The translations under genes were made by a program, and so were the position numbers. Shown one piece after another: positions 30,889 through 41,081 of a stretch of 64,000 bases of DNA (the first letter of the stretch is position 1; each line of letters starts with the position of its first letter). Source of the stretch: Kofleriaceae bacterium (GTDB lineage Bacteria > Myxococcota_A > Polyangia > Haliangiales > Haliangiaceae). The notes below the pieces were generated by a model. It ran no database searches. It had not been told where the DNA came from and was given only the letters and a program-made list of their open reading frames with translations. The DNA lies in the NCBI GenBank assembly GCA_965215005.1, contig CBDCCZ010000023.1, positions 32,001 to 96,000 on the forward strand, read 5' to 3'.

Positions 30889-31401
30889 ATGGGCGGTCCC
30901 AAAGCTGTCACAGCATCGCCGGCATCCGCTCAGGGTCGCCCAAGCCGTCGTCGAGCAGTCGATCGCATCATTGAAACGGCGATTTACTTGCAGGCCGAGA
31001 GTCGCCGCCTCGCGCGCGAGCAATGCGCGCTGCACGGCATCACCGCCACCCAGCTCAACGTGCTCAAGCTCCTGCAAGAAATGGGCGGCCTGTCGCTCTC
31101 GGAGCTGTCGCGTCGCATGGCAGCGAAGAACTCGACCATCACCGGCATCATCGACCGCATGGTTGCCGCCGACCTCGTGGTGCGTGAGCAATCGGAGCGC
31201 GATCGCCGCGTGTGGACCATCGCGCTCACGCAACGCGGCGGCGAGCTCGCGGAATCACTCGAGGTCGCGCCGTGGGATCTACTGCGCAGTGCGCTGCGCT
31301 CCCTGCCCCACCTCGAGCTCGAGCAACTGATCGGCAGCCTCACGAAGGTAGCCGCCCACGTACGAGCCGCCGTCGCGTCAGCCGAAGGAGAATCGCCATG
31401 A
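30889..31401 (+). CDS. MarR-family transcriptional regulator
   Basis: [37 protein letters not shown]. Stop overlaps the next ATG. Confidence 0.9.
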   Translation: MGGPKAVTASPASAQGRPSRRRAVDRIIETAIYLQAESRRLAREQCALHGITATQLNVLKLLQEMGGLSLSELSRRMAAKNSTITGIIDRMVAADLVVREQSERDRRVWTIALTQRGGELAESLEVAPWDLLRSALRSLPHLELEQLIGSLTKVAAHVRAAVASAEGESP

Positions 31402-32261
31402 GCAGCGAAGACAACGTCATCATCTCGTGCGCCCTCACCGGCGCGGTCACGACCAAAGCCCATTGCCCCGGCATCCCGTACACACCGGTGGAAATTGCCG
31501 AAGAAGCCAAGCGCGCCTATGACGCCGGTGCTGCGATCGTGCACATTCACGCGCGCACCGAGACGGGCGCGCCGTCATGGGATCGTGACACGTTCGCCGC
31601 CATCATGACCGAGGTCAAAGAGCGCTGTCCGGTGCTGATCAACTGGTCAACTGGTGGCGCAGGTCCGATGAGCCAGCGAGTGGCGCACCTTGGGCTGCGA
31701 CCCGCCATCGCTGCTCTGAACATGGGCTCGATGAACTACGCGAAATGGTCGCAAAAGCGCGGCGACTTTGCGTTCAAGTTCGTCTTCCAAAACAGCTTCG
31801 ACGACATCGTGGCATTCGCCAAAGCCATCAAAGAAGCCGGCGCCAAGGCGGAGCTCGAGTGCTTCGATACCGGCCACGTGTATTCGCACACGGTGCTCGA
31901 ACAGCTCGCGCTCATCGACAAGCCGTATCACTTCTCCTTCATCATGGGCGTGCTCGGCGGCATTCCTGCTACGGCTCGGCACCTTGGGTTTCAAGCGCAG
32001 AATGTGCCGGCGGGCTCGCGTTGGAAGGTCATCGGCATCAGCCGTGAGCAATGGCCGCTGTGCATGGCGGCGCTCAGCCTTGGCGGCGATATCCGCGTCG
32101 GTTTGGAGGATAACTTCTACCTTCCAGATGGCGAGATGGCGCGCTCCAACGGCGATCTCGTGGACGCCGCGGCTCACATGGTGAAGCTCTCGGGTCGCAG
32201 CGTTGCCAGTCTCGAAGAGACCAAGCAGCTTCTCTGGCCCAACGGCGACGGCAACTTCTAA
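31398..32261 (+). CDS. Beta-keto acid cleavage enzyme (3-keto-5-aminohexanoate cleavage / DUF849 family)
   Basis: [35 protein letters not shown]. Confidence 0.92.
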   Translation: MSSEDNVIISCALTGAVTTKAHCPGIPYTPVEIAEEAKRAYDAGAAIVHIHARTETGAPSWDRDTFAAIMTEVKERCPVLINWSTGGAGPMSQRVAHLGLRPAIAALNMGSMNYAKWSQKRGDFAFKFVFQNSFDDIVAFAKAIKEAGAKAELECFDTGHVYSHTVLEQLALIDKPYHFSFIMGVLGGIPATARHLGFQAQNVPAGSRWKVIGISREQWPLCMAALSLGGDIRVGLEDNFYLPDGEMARSNGDLVDAAAHMVKLSGRSVASLEETKQLLWPNGDGNF

Positions 32262-32276
32262 CCGAGGACACGAGCC

Positions 32277-33503
<1,227 letters not shown>

Positions 33504-33673
33504 ACTTCTATCCGCTCTGGATGCAGAGCCGGCGAAGGTCGCGTTGTCGCTGGACCGGAACCAGGGCTGCACGGGCTCGGCGATGCTCCAGCCCTCGGAG
33601 CGCGCGCAATTCAGAGGTTTTCGAGAGAGTGGTTCGCTTCTGGGCGTGACTGCGCTGACGGCGCCGCTTACAG

Positions 33674-34336
33674 CTAAACATGTGCCGGCGGCGAGGTGGC
33701 GCAGCGCTGGCAGACGTTGCCATCGCACGCAAGGCAGATGAAGCTTTCGCAACTCACGCACGGCAGCTGACAATCTCCACAGATGGAGTGACCGCTGGCG
33801 CAGCGCTCGAGCGCCACACTGCTCGCCGCGCAGTTGGCGCAGAGAGCGGCGACGGGCATCTGGGATGCATCCTCCAAGTCGACGAAGAACGGCTGCCGAT
33901 CGGTGGGAACTCGCATCGGGTGCTCGGCGACCCATTGCGCTGCCCGGCCGTTGAGCGGGCTCTTGAGATTGTAGCTCTGCAGCGCCAGCATCTCGCCCAC
34001 CCTTTGAATCAAGTTGTCGAGCGACTCGCTGGCAGTCCAGTGGTCGCCTATGCACACCGCGTGCGGCGCGATGTTCGGGTGGAAGACCGGCGTGAGCATG
34101 CGAAATACCGGGGCATCGCGCGGATATCCATGGCCAAGCACGACCTCCACCCGATGGTCGATGGCCTCCACGATCTGCCCGACAATTTCGCGCAGGGACG
34201 CCACTCGCAAGAGCAGCCGATACCGCTCCGGCGGATTGCCCTGCACGCCCTCGATGTCGATGCGCGGGTGCCGGGTGACCAGGCGTCGGACGGCTTCGTA
34301 ATCTGACTGTAGGCGCAACAAGCGGGCTCGGCTCAT
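33674..34336 (-). CDS. Ubiquitin-conjugating enzyme E2 (UBC fold) fused to a Cys-rich RING-like domain
   Basis: RLQSDY, YPRDAP, TPVFHPNIAPHAVC, W..SESL, SPLNGRAA; tail CANC-x9-CASGH-x2-CGDC..CVSC..CLAC..CQRC. ATG overlaps the upstream stop. Confidence 0.9.
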   Translation of the reverse strand: MSRARLLRLQSDYEAVRRLVTRHPRIDIEGVQGNPPERYRLLLRVASLREIVGQIVEAIDHRVEVVLGHGYPRDAPVFRMLTPVFHPNIAPHAVCIGDHWTASESLDNLIQRVGEMLALQSYNLKSPLNGRAAQWVAEHPMRVPTDRQPFFVDLEDASQMPVAALCANCAASSVALERCASGHSICGDCQLPCVSCESFICLACDGNVCQRCATSPPAHV

Positions 34337-35592
34337 GGGTGAGGGACTCCGTTCGGGTTGAGCGCCGGCGCAACGAGGAGCTCCGGCAGCGCGTCTCGTT
34401 CGATGGCATCGACGAGCAGCTCCATGGTTGCGGCGGGTAGACTGATCCCCTTGGGGCCGTTCTCGAAGCGCGTCCACGTATTGAGACCGACCAGCTCGCC
34501 GTGCTCATTGTACAGGCCGCCGCCGCTGTCTCCGGGAATGACCGGCAGGTCGGTGAACAGCAGGCTGCATGCGCCAGCCGGGCTGTCGTAGGTTTTCTGG
34601 TGCAGAAGCAGCCCATGATGGACGAGCCAGCCATTGCGGTACGGGTTGGGTAGGAAATACAACCGCTCGCCCGGGGCCACGGCGTCGGCGGCGCGAGCCA
34701 CCACGACCGCTGCCGGCGGATCCTCGATGCCTACCTCGAGGAGCGCGAGGTCGAGCGGTGGTGGTGCCAACCAACGGACGTGGGCGGGGGCGTGGCGACC
34801 GTCGGCGAGCTGCAGCCAGACCGGCGCGATATCGGCCGGTTCCTTGGGCGAGGACACCGCAGCGCGCGGATCGACCACGTGACGATTGGTCACCACCCAG
34901 GCCCGCCGGTCCTCGGCGGCGACGACCACACCCATGCCCAGCGCCGAGTCGCGCGCATCGCCATCGACGGCGCCGGCGACGATCACCACGGTTGCATCCA
35001 CGACAGGTGCCTCCGCGGCCCACAATCCATGGCCGTAGGACCGCGCTGGCATGTCCAAATAGCGCAACGTGGAGCTGTTCGCGCCGAGCATGCCGAAGAC
35101 GCCAAGCAGCACGGCGGCGGCGCCGATCACCGACGCTGTGAGATACGCTGCCCGACGCGGGAGCCGAGCCATGCCCCGCCCGCGATGCAAGTAGAGCAGC
35201 AGCCCACCCAAGAGCAGCGCCGCGATGCCCGCGAGAAGCGCTCGCACCGCGCGCTGCTCCGCATGCGCCAGTAGCGACTCGAGCGGACCGAGCTCGAGCG
35301 GCTCTCGCATCGCCAACATCGCCAGCACGGCCAGCGCCGCGACCGTCGCCGCCGCCAGTGGCGCCAGCCAACCAGCGACGCGATGTGGCCAACGGCAGGT
35401 CTCGAGCTTGCGCCGTGCCCGCGCGGCGGCCTCGAGCGCGGCGGCATCGATGACCAATGGCTCATCGCTCCACGTCTGCCAGGCGGCCGCGGAGCGGCAC
35501 GCCGCACACGATTCCCCCGCGACCAGCCGCACCACCGATCGGACGCCGCAGGAGGGGCACCGATCGATGCGGGCCGGGGACGCTGCGCCCAC
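34333..35592 (-). CDS. Membrane-anchored trypsin-like serine protease with N-terminal Zn ribbon
   Basis: CPSC..CAAC, about 3 TM helices, triad motifs VTNRH, DLALL, GDSGG. Probable GTG start at 35592. Confidence 0.85.
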   Translation of the reverse strand: MGAASPARIDRCPSCGVRSVVRLVAGESCAACRSAAAWQTWSDEPLVIDAAALEAAARARRKLETCRWPHRVAGWLAPLAAATVAALAVLAMLAMREPLELGPLESLLAHAEQRAVRALLAGIAALLLGGLLLYLHRGRGMARLPRRAAYLTASVIGAAAVLLGVFGMLGANSSTLRYLDMPARSYGHGLWAAEAPVVDATVVIVAGAVDGDARDSALGMGVVVAAEDRRAWVVTNRHVVDPRAAVSSPKEPADIAPVWLQLADGRHAPAHVRWLAPPPLDLALLEVGIEDPPAAVVVARAADAVAPGERLYFLPNPYRNGWLVHHGLLLHQKTYDSPAGACSLLFTDLPVIPGDSGGGLYNEHGELVGLNTWTRFENGPKGISLPAATMELLVDAIERDALPELLVAPALNPNGVPHP

Positions 35593-35593
35593 C

Positions 35594-36154
35594 TCAGAGC
35601 CCCAGCGCCAACAGCAAGCCGACCAATGCGTAGACGCCGCCGATGGTGGCGCTGCCATAGCCGATGGCCAGGTAGGTGCCGTTCTCGCCCTCTAAGAGGC
35701 GGCGTTTGAGGTACGCATACACCCCAGCGATGGTGCCGGACAGCGGCGCGACCACCCCGGCGAGACTGATCACGAACAGCACCGTGAGCCAGCGCTTGGC
35801 CTTGGCGATGGCGCTCTGCTCGGCGAGCCAGCCGCGATATTCGGATTCGGTCATCGGGTCGGCGTATGGGAATCGCGCTCCGCAGGTGCACAACAGCAAG
35901 CTTGCGGCGATCTCGTCATCGCAGCGGGGACACTGTTTGCTATCGCCCCAGCCGAGCGAGACGCTGGTCGGCGGCGTCGGCTTCTCGGCCACCGCCGCGT
36001 GCTCACATCCGTAGGTTCCGCAGCCGCCGATGTCCTCCCAACAGCGCTGGTGATACACCTGCGTGCACGAATCGCACTGAGTGTCGGCTTCGCCTTCGGC
36101 GATCTTCGTGTAACAAATCGCGCAGCGCATGATCGATTGCCTTTCTCGTTGCAC
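35594..36154 (-). CDS. Prokaryotic RING-like protein with Zn ribbon and two TM helices
   Basis: CAIC-x12-CDSC-x4-HQRCW-x5-C-x4-C; CPRC..CTC; hydrophobic C-terminus. Start may be ATG at 36130. Confidence 0.8.
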   Translation of the reverse strand: MQRERQSIMRCAICYTKIAEGEADTQCDSCTQVYHQRCWEDIGGCGTYGCEHAAVAEKPTPPTSVSLGWGDSKQCPRCDDEIAASLLLCTCGARFPYADPMTESEYRGWLAEQSAIAKAKRWLTVLFVISLAGVVAPLSGTIAGVYAYLKRRLLEGENGTYLAIGYGSATIGGVYALVGLLLALGL

Positions 36155-36157
36155 AAG

Positions 36158-36574
36158 CTACGGGGTGGCGCTGCCGGCCAGGAGCGAACGCGCCAGCCCT
36201 AGGAACACGACGGCGACCGCAATCGCCTGCATCCACCAGCGCACCGCAGGTCGATCCGCTAGCGCCGGCGCGCGGCGCGCCAGTGCCATGAAGGCGGTGA
36301 GCGCAAAGATTCCCATCGCCAAGAACAACATCGGTCCTGCCGGATGCCAGATGAACGCGGCACCGATGTCACCATGCGCTAGCGCCACGAAGCTGCGGGT
36401 GAGACCGCAGGTAGGGCAAGGCACGCTCAACCACTGGCGCAGCCAGCACGCGGGACCCATGGCAGCGCCGTTAGGCGCGGCCACCTCGGCTCCCACGGGC
36501 ACCAGCAGCCGCGCCGCGATCAACGTCAGCGCGAAGCCGTTCGCCAGCACCAGGTCGAGCGCGTGGTCTTTCAC
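36158..36574 (-). CDS. DUF2752-family membrane protein
   Basis: C...VPCPTCGLTRSFVALAHGD..AAF.WHP; GTG start overlaps the upstream stop. Confidence 0.85.
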   Translation of the reverse strand: MKDHALDLVLANGFALTLIAARLLVPVGAEVAAPNGAAMGPACWLRQWLSVPCPTCGLTRSFVALAHGDIGAAFIWHPAGPMLFLAMGIFALTAFMALARRAPALADRPAVRWWMQAIAVAVVFLGLARSLLAGSATP

Positions 36575-37170
36575 ACGCCTGTTAATCGCAGTACCAACGC
36601 GACTCCCCATAACACCAGCGCGATGATTCCGATGATCTGACCGGCGGTGGCGTAGCCCTCACCTTTGAGCTCGGGATTGGCGGCGATGAGCTCTTTGGCC
36701 TCCTTGCCCTTCACGAATGCGACGATGCCGAGGATCATGCCGCAGACGAACAGCCCGGCGATGCCGAAGATCAATGAGCTGACGGCCCCTGGAGCGTTCT
36801 TCGGCTGAGAACCGGAAAGTCCATCGGGGCGGTCCAAGCGATAACAGCGCGCACACGCGGGGTCATCCGCGGGCGTCTGGCCGCCGCAGTGCCGGCAGAA
36901 GCGATTCCCGGGTGTCAACTGCGCCTCCGCTGCCGCCGCGCTCACCTCCGGCGCGAGCTGGCGAAGCGGCGCGTTTTGGCAACTCACGGTCGCGCAGCCC
37001 TGCTTCTCGTCCCAGCACGTGGCGTGCGCCGGCGACTCGCAGGACGTACAGACTGCGCAGTCGACACCGAGGGACAGAGGCGACTGGCACCAGCCGCACG
37101 GTTGCCCATGCAATTTCACGTTCGCTCGCAATCGTCGACTCGATTCCATCTCGATCTCCCTTGTATCCAC
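36571..37170 (-). CDS. Prokaryotic RING-like + Zn ribbon + DUF4190-like membrane protein
   Basis: CGWC-x12-CTSC-x4-HATCW-x5-C-x4-C; CRHC..CARC; AVSSLIFGI...GEGYATAGQIIGII. Confidence 0.82.
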   Translation of the reverse strand: MDTREIEMESSRRLRANVKLHGQPCGWCQSPLSLGVDCAVCTSCESPAHATCWDEKQGCATVSCQNAPLRQLAPEVSAAAAEAQLTPGNRFCRHCGGQTPADDPACARCYRLDRPDGLSGSQPKNAPGAVSSLIFGIAGLFVCGMILGIVAFVKGKEAKELIAANPELKGEGYATAGQIIGIIALVLWGVALVLRLTGV

Positions 37171-37244
37171 CTGGTTGCGCTGCGCGATGACTGGCCATCA
37201 GTGGCCCCCAACGGGCGCAACCGCGCAGTCAACCGGCCGCCTTA

Positions 37245-38606
37245 CTAGCGGTCGTGGCTTTGTCGCTCCTCGAACTCGAGCACTGTGCCGCCGAGTACGA
37301 GCTGATCCCCGGAGGTGAGCCGGGCGCGCCGCACCTGCCGGCCGGCGATGCGCGTGCCGGCGCGGCTGCCGTCATCTTCGAGCTCGTAGGCGTTGCCGAC
37401 TCGATGGATGATGGCGTGGCGGCCGTCGATCTCAGCATCCTTAAACAGATAGATGTCGGCGTCCGGAGAGCTGCCGATGACGGTGGGCGTCTTGTAGAGC
37501 ACGAACGACTTGCCGGCGAGCGGGCCGGTGCGCACGCGCAGCCAAGCTTCGCGCGAGAGGCGCTCGACCAGCGCCACGAACAAGCCGACCATGAGCCCAA
37601 CGGCGAGCAAGCCGATCAGGCGAGAGAGGCCCGCGTCCGCGAACGCCGACTGCGGGATGAAGCGGTCGATCGGATCAAAGAACATGCCTCCGACCGCACC
37701 GCCCATTGCGCCGCCGACCACCGAATTGCGCAGCTGCTTTTTGGTGGTCCTGGCGATGTTCATGCCCAAGCCGAGCGCCGCCCCAATCACCGCCCACGCG
37801 GCGCTGCGCAGCGCCATCATGCCCAAGAACGCCCATGGCGCCACGGCTTCGGGGTTGACGAAGAAGGCGTCTTCGGGCGTGCCGGCTAGGGCCAGCGGAT
37901 CGAAGAACTGGAAGATGACGCCGGCTGGGACCATACCGGCAAACGACAGCACCAGCGCCAAGAACGAACCAACGATGGTACGGGACACCATGCGCGACCA
38001 ATTCCGGGTCGACAGGCCCTCGGCCAAGAGCAGGAAGAACGCTACAGCGACACCAGTGAGCGGGAACAAGAGCATCAGCGGCCAATCGAGCTCGCTCTGC
38101 TGGTGATCGCGGACGCCGTTCGCGTAGCCTGGCGACACCGGCCGCAGCGCCGTGGCCACCATGCTCGCTCCGGCGCCTTCGCTCGTGTAGCCGACCGCCT
38201 CGATGGTGACGCCGGTGTCGAGCTCCTCGAAGGAGAGCGCCGCCTCGTCCTCGGGTCCCGGCAACAGCTCGGTCACGCCCTCGACAATGATCACCTCGGT
38301 GGTGTTGACGGTGAGGGAGATCGCGTCGCCTTCGGTGAGGAACGGGTCGCCGTTGAACAGCGAGATCTGCCCGGCGACCCGGGCGTAGTCGTCGATCTTC
38401 GGCTCGAGGAATGCGTAGACGAGCAGCGCCCCGAGCAGCGCCGCCAGCGGCAGATAAAAGAGGCTGTTGTTCCAGAGGCGCCGCAGGGGCGAGATCGGCT
38501 GCTGCGGCGGCGCTGCGCGACCCTGCAGCGCACGGCTCCGCGCCAGCGCTTCATCCACCCCTTTGCTGAACAGCTCGTCGCGGCCGATATCGATTCGCTC
38601 GCTCAT
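37245..38606 (-). CDS. Polytopic membrane protein with C-terminal FHA-fold domain
   Basis: About 6 hydrophobic segments; VIGSS..ADIYL..D..IDGRHAII...LEDDGSRAGT.IAG...LTSGDQL.LG. Confidence 0.85.
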   Translation of the reverse strand: MSERIDIGRDELFSKGVDEALARSRALQGRAAPPQQPISPLRRLWNNSLFYLPLAALLGALLVYAFLEPKIDDYARVAGQISLFNGDPFLTEGDAISLTVNTTEVIIVEGVTELLPGPEDEAALSFEELDTGVTIEAVGYTSEGAGASMVATALRPVSPGYANGVRDHQQSELDWPLMLLFPLTGVAVAFFLLLAEGLSTRNWSRMVSRTIVGSFLALVLSFAGMVPAGVIFQFFDPLALAGTPEDAFFVNPEAVAPWAFLGMMALRSAAWAVIGAALGLGMNIARTTKKQLRNSVVGGAMGGAVGGMFFDPIDRFIPQSAFADAGLSRLIGLLAVGLMVGLFVALVERLSREAWLRVRTGPLAGKSFVLYKTPTVIGSSPDADIYLFKDAEIDGRHAIIHRVGNAYELEDDGSRAGTRIAGRQVRRARLTSGDQLVLGGTVLEFEERQSHDR

Positions 38607-38608
38607 GG

Positions 38609-39853
38609 CTACCGTACCTCGCTGCGAGGGGATGGTTTGGCGATAGCGCCGGCACCCGTCGCTGCCGCCCCGGCCTCGCGATAGCGAGCGGCGTTGCCGG
38701 GATCGATCTTCGTCGCAACTGCCAGCAGCCGTCGCGCTCGCGCCGAATCGCCGGCAGCGACCGCTTCCCGCGCATTCTCCAAGTAGAGGTTGCCAAGGGC
38801 GGTGCGATACAGCGCCATCTCCTGCTCGAGCTGCCGCTCACCGCGGCTCTTACGCGACGCTGCACGTTCGAGCTCGCGCAGGAAAACGCTGGCGCTCGCA
38901 TATTGCTTGCGTGTGCGATCGAGGGCGTCGCGCGCGGCGGCCAGACGCTCACGCGGCAGCGCGTCCTCGGCATCTTCATTGAGCGCGGTCTCGGCGGACG
39001 CGAGCAGCGCCGCCGCTTCACCCAGTTGGCGATCGAGCGCCTCTTTGTCCATGGTGGCTCGCCAGACTCGCAACAGCTCGTTTTCCAGCTCGCCGATGGC
39101 GTCGGCGGCGCTGCTGATGGCGGCGCGATCGGCTGTCGGCGGCCCCTCGAGCGGAGCGCGCCGCAGGACCCAAAACCACAGCACGGCGCCGCACACGCTG
39201 AGAATCGCGGCAAACGCGGCGATCCCGAGCCAATCGGCACCGCGCGGCGGAGCCTCGGCGGGCGCGGCAGCATTTGGGCTGCGCTCGGCGACGTCAGAGA
39301 TCGGGGCGGAGACGCTGCGGTCGCCATCCCAACTGTGCGGATGGCCATCTACCCAATACAGCCGCGCCCGCCGCAGCTCGCCCCGCTGCCAGGTGAACGT
39401 GCCATGATCCTTGCTGCGCGGGTCATAGACGAAGGCGATTTGAAACGGGAGATTAAAGAAGCTCTGGTGGATGAACTGATCGCGGTCGGATAGGAACACG
39501 CCAAACCCGGGATGCGTGTGCCACCAGCCGACCACCGTTTTGTTCTTGTGCTTATCGTCGAGCTCTCGATTGATGTGATCCCACGTTTTGTGGGTAAAGG
39601 TTAGCTCGGCGGCCTTCTCGTCAGCGTGCAGCGCGTCAATGGAGGCATCGATGTGAATGTAAGGGCCGGCGTCGTCTCGGCGCACTTCGCCGACCAACAC
39701 GCCGCCGACCTCGCGGTCGAGCTCAGCATTGCCGCGGGCAATGATTTGGTCGAAGACCGCCTCGTCGATGAAGATGCGGAAGTCCATGCGCCCCGCTGGT
39801 GCGGGCCGATGGCGCAGCGTCGTGGTTTCGATCGCTCGGGCATCAAGCTGCAT
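38609..39853 (-). CDS. JAB/MPN+ (JAMM) isopeptidase with TM helix and helical C-terminus
   Basis: EVGGVLVG...VVGWWHTHPGFGVFLSDRD (E..HxH-x7-S-x2-D); TM WLGIAAFAAILSVCGAVLWFWVL. Probable ATG at 39853. Confidence 0.92.
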   Translation of the reverse strand: MQLDARAIETTTLRHRPAPAGRMDFRIFIDEAVFDQIIARGNAELDREVGGVLVGEVRRDDAGPYIHIDASIDALHADEKAAELTFTHKTWDHINRELDDKHKNKTVVGWWHTHPGFGVFLSDRDQFIHQSFFNLPFQIAFVYDPRSKDHGTFTWQRGELRRARLYWVDGHPHSWDGDRSVSAPISDVAERSPNAAAPAEAPPRGADWLGIAAFAAILSVCGAVLWFWVLRRAPLEGPPTADRAAISSAADAIGELENELLRVWRATMDKEALDRQLGEAAALLASAETALNEDAEDALPRERLAAARDALDRTRKQYASASVFLRELERAASRKSRGERQLEQEMALYRTALGNLYLENAREAVAAGDSARARRLLAVATKIDPGNAARYREAGAAATGAGAIAKPSPRSEVR

Positions 39854-41081
39854 GGGGCACCTCCGCATCGAGCCATCTCCGCCAGCCGGCGTCGGCATCC
39901 ATCAGGGCGGCTTCGGCGTCGCCCGCCAGGAGCCAGTGCTCCTCGGCCTCGAGACCGCGGCGTGCGACGACGATGTCGAAGGGCGGCACACCGATATCAG
40001 CGAGCGTTCGCTGTGGGTCGAGCTGGCTGACGCGCGATAGCGAGCTCGTGAAGTCGACGACGCAGTGGACGCCGCAGTGGTGGCAGCGAGCATCTGCCTC
40101 GGTGAGAGTCCCGAGGGCGGCACCGCAGGCGCGTTGCCACGAGCAGGCCGGACAACGCATCGAGGTAGCCACATCCCGCGACAGCTCGATGACGGCGCCA
40201 TCGCCAAGGCGGGATTGAGCCCGGTCCAGGAGCTGCGCGATGGTGGTTTGCGCGGCACCCAGCTCGACCCGCGTCGGCCCTGGCAGCACCTCGTGGGCCG
40301 GACAGCTGGGCTTGCGGGGGTAGCGAACGCGGTTCACCTGCGCCAATAGGCCATCGACATGCAGTCCTTCGCCAATCAAGACTGGCTGCCCGTGCAGGTG
40401 TTTGATGGCTTCCTGCACTTGCAGGGCGCCGATGATGGAGGCGGCCACGGCGCTGGTTGGCGCGTGACCGCGCGCGGCCGCGTTGCGAGCCAGCATCGCG
40501 CACGAGCGCCGCTCAGCCAGGATCTGTCGATCCACCGCGTTCATCGTGCACTCGTAGCAGGCCGAGTTGCCGGGATCGAAGGCGCGAACGACGCCGGCGA
40601 AGCCTTCGATGGCGCCGTCAATCCACACGCGGCCCAGACGCGCCGCCACGGCGTTGATGAAGACCCGAGCCTCGCGATTATCGACCGCGCCGATGATGAC
40701 GTCGGCCCAGGCCAGCACTCCCAAGCCAGCGCTCAATACGTTGTCGGCGCGGGCACTCACCTGTACCGACGGATTGAGCTCACGCATCCGCTGCGCTGCG
40801 ACTTCGGCTTTGTAGCGACCCTCGTCGCCGTCGCGGAACAACACGCTGCGCGATAAGTTGGAGCGTTCAATGCGATCGCCATCGAAGACGAGGACGTGAC
40901 CAACGCCGACCAGCGCGAGCAGCTTGAGCACCTCGTTGCCGATGGCACCAGCGCCGACGACGACGACGCGGGCGCGGCCTACCCGCTCCTGCTCCCACCA
41001 CGAAATCAACGTCTGCCGGTGATAGCGCTCGTCGACCTCCTGGCCGTCGATGGCGCTCGCCGCGGCCCCTTCAGTAGACAC
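39843..41081 (-). CDS. E1-like ThiF/MoeB adenylyltransferase with catalytic Cys and C-terminal Zn-binding extension
   Basis: RYHRQ, GAGAIG, DGDRIERSNLSR, AVDNREAR, CYEC, RRSC, CPAH, then CPAC..CHHC. Confidence 0.93.
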   Translation of the reverse strand: MSTEGAAASAIDGQEVDERYHRQTLISWWEQERVGRARVVVVGAGAIGNEVLKLLALVGVGHVLVFDGDRIERSNLSRSVLFRDGDEGRYKAEVAAQRMRELNPSVQVSARADNVLSAGLGVLAWADVIIGAVDNREARVFINAVAARLGRVWIDGAIEGFAGVVRAFDPGNSACYECTMNAVDRQILAERRSCAMLARNAAARGHAPTSAVAASIIGALQVQEAIKHLHGQPVLIGEGLHVDGLLAQVNRVRYPRKPSCPAHEVLPGPTRVELGAAQTTIAQLLDRAQSRLGDGAVIELSRDVATSMRCPACSWQRACGAALGTLTEADARCHHCGVHCVVDFTSSLSRVSQLDPQRTLADIGVPPFDIVVARRGLEAEEHWLLAGDAEAALMDADAGWRRWLDAEVPHAA

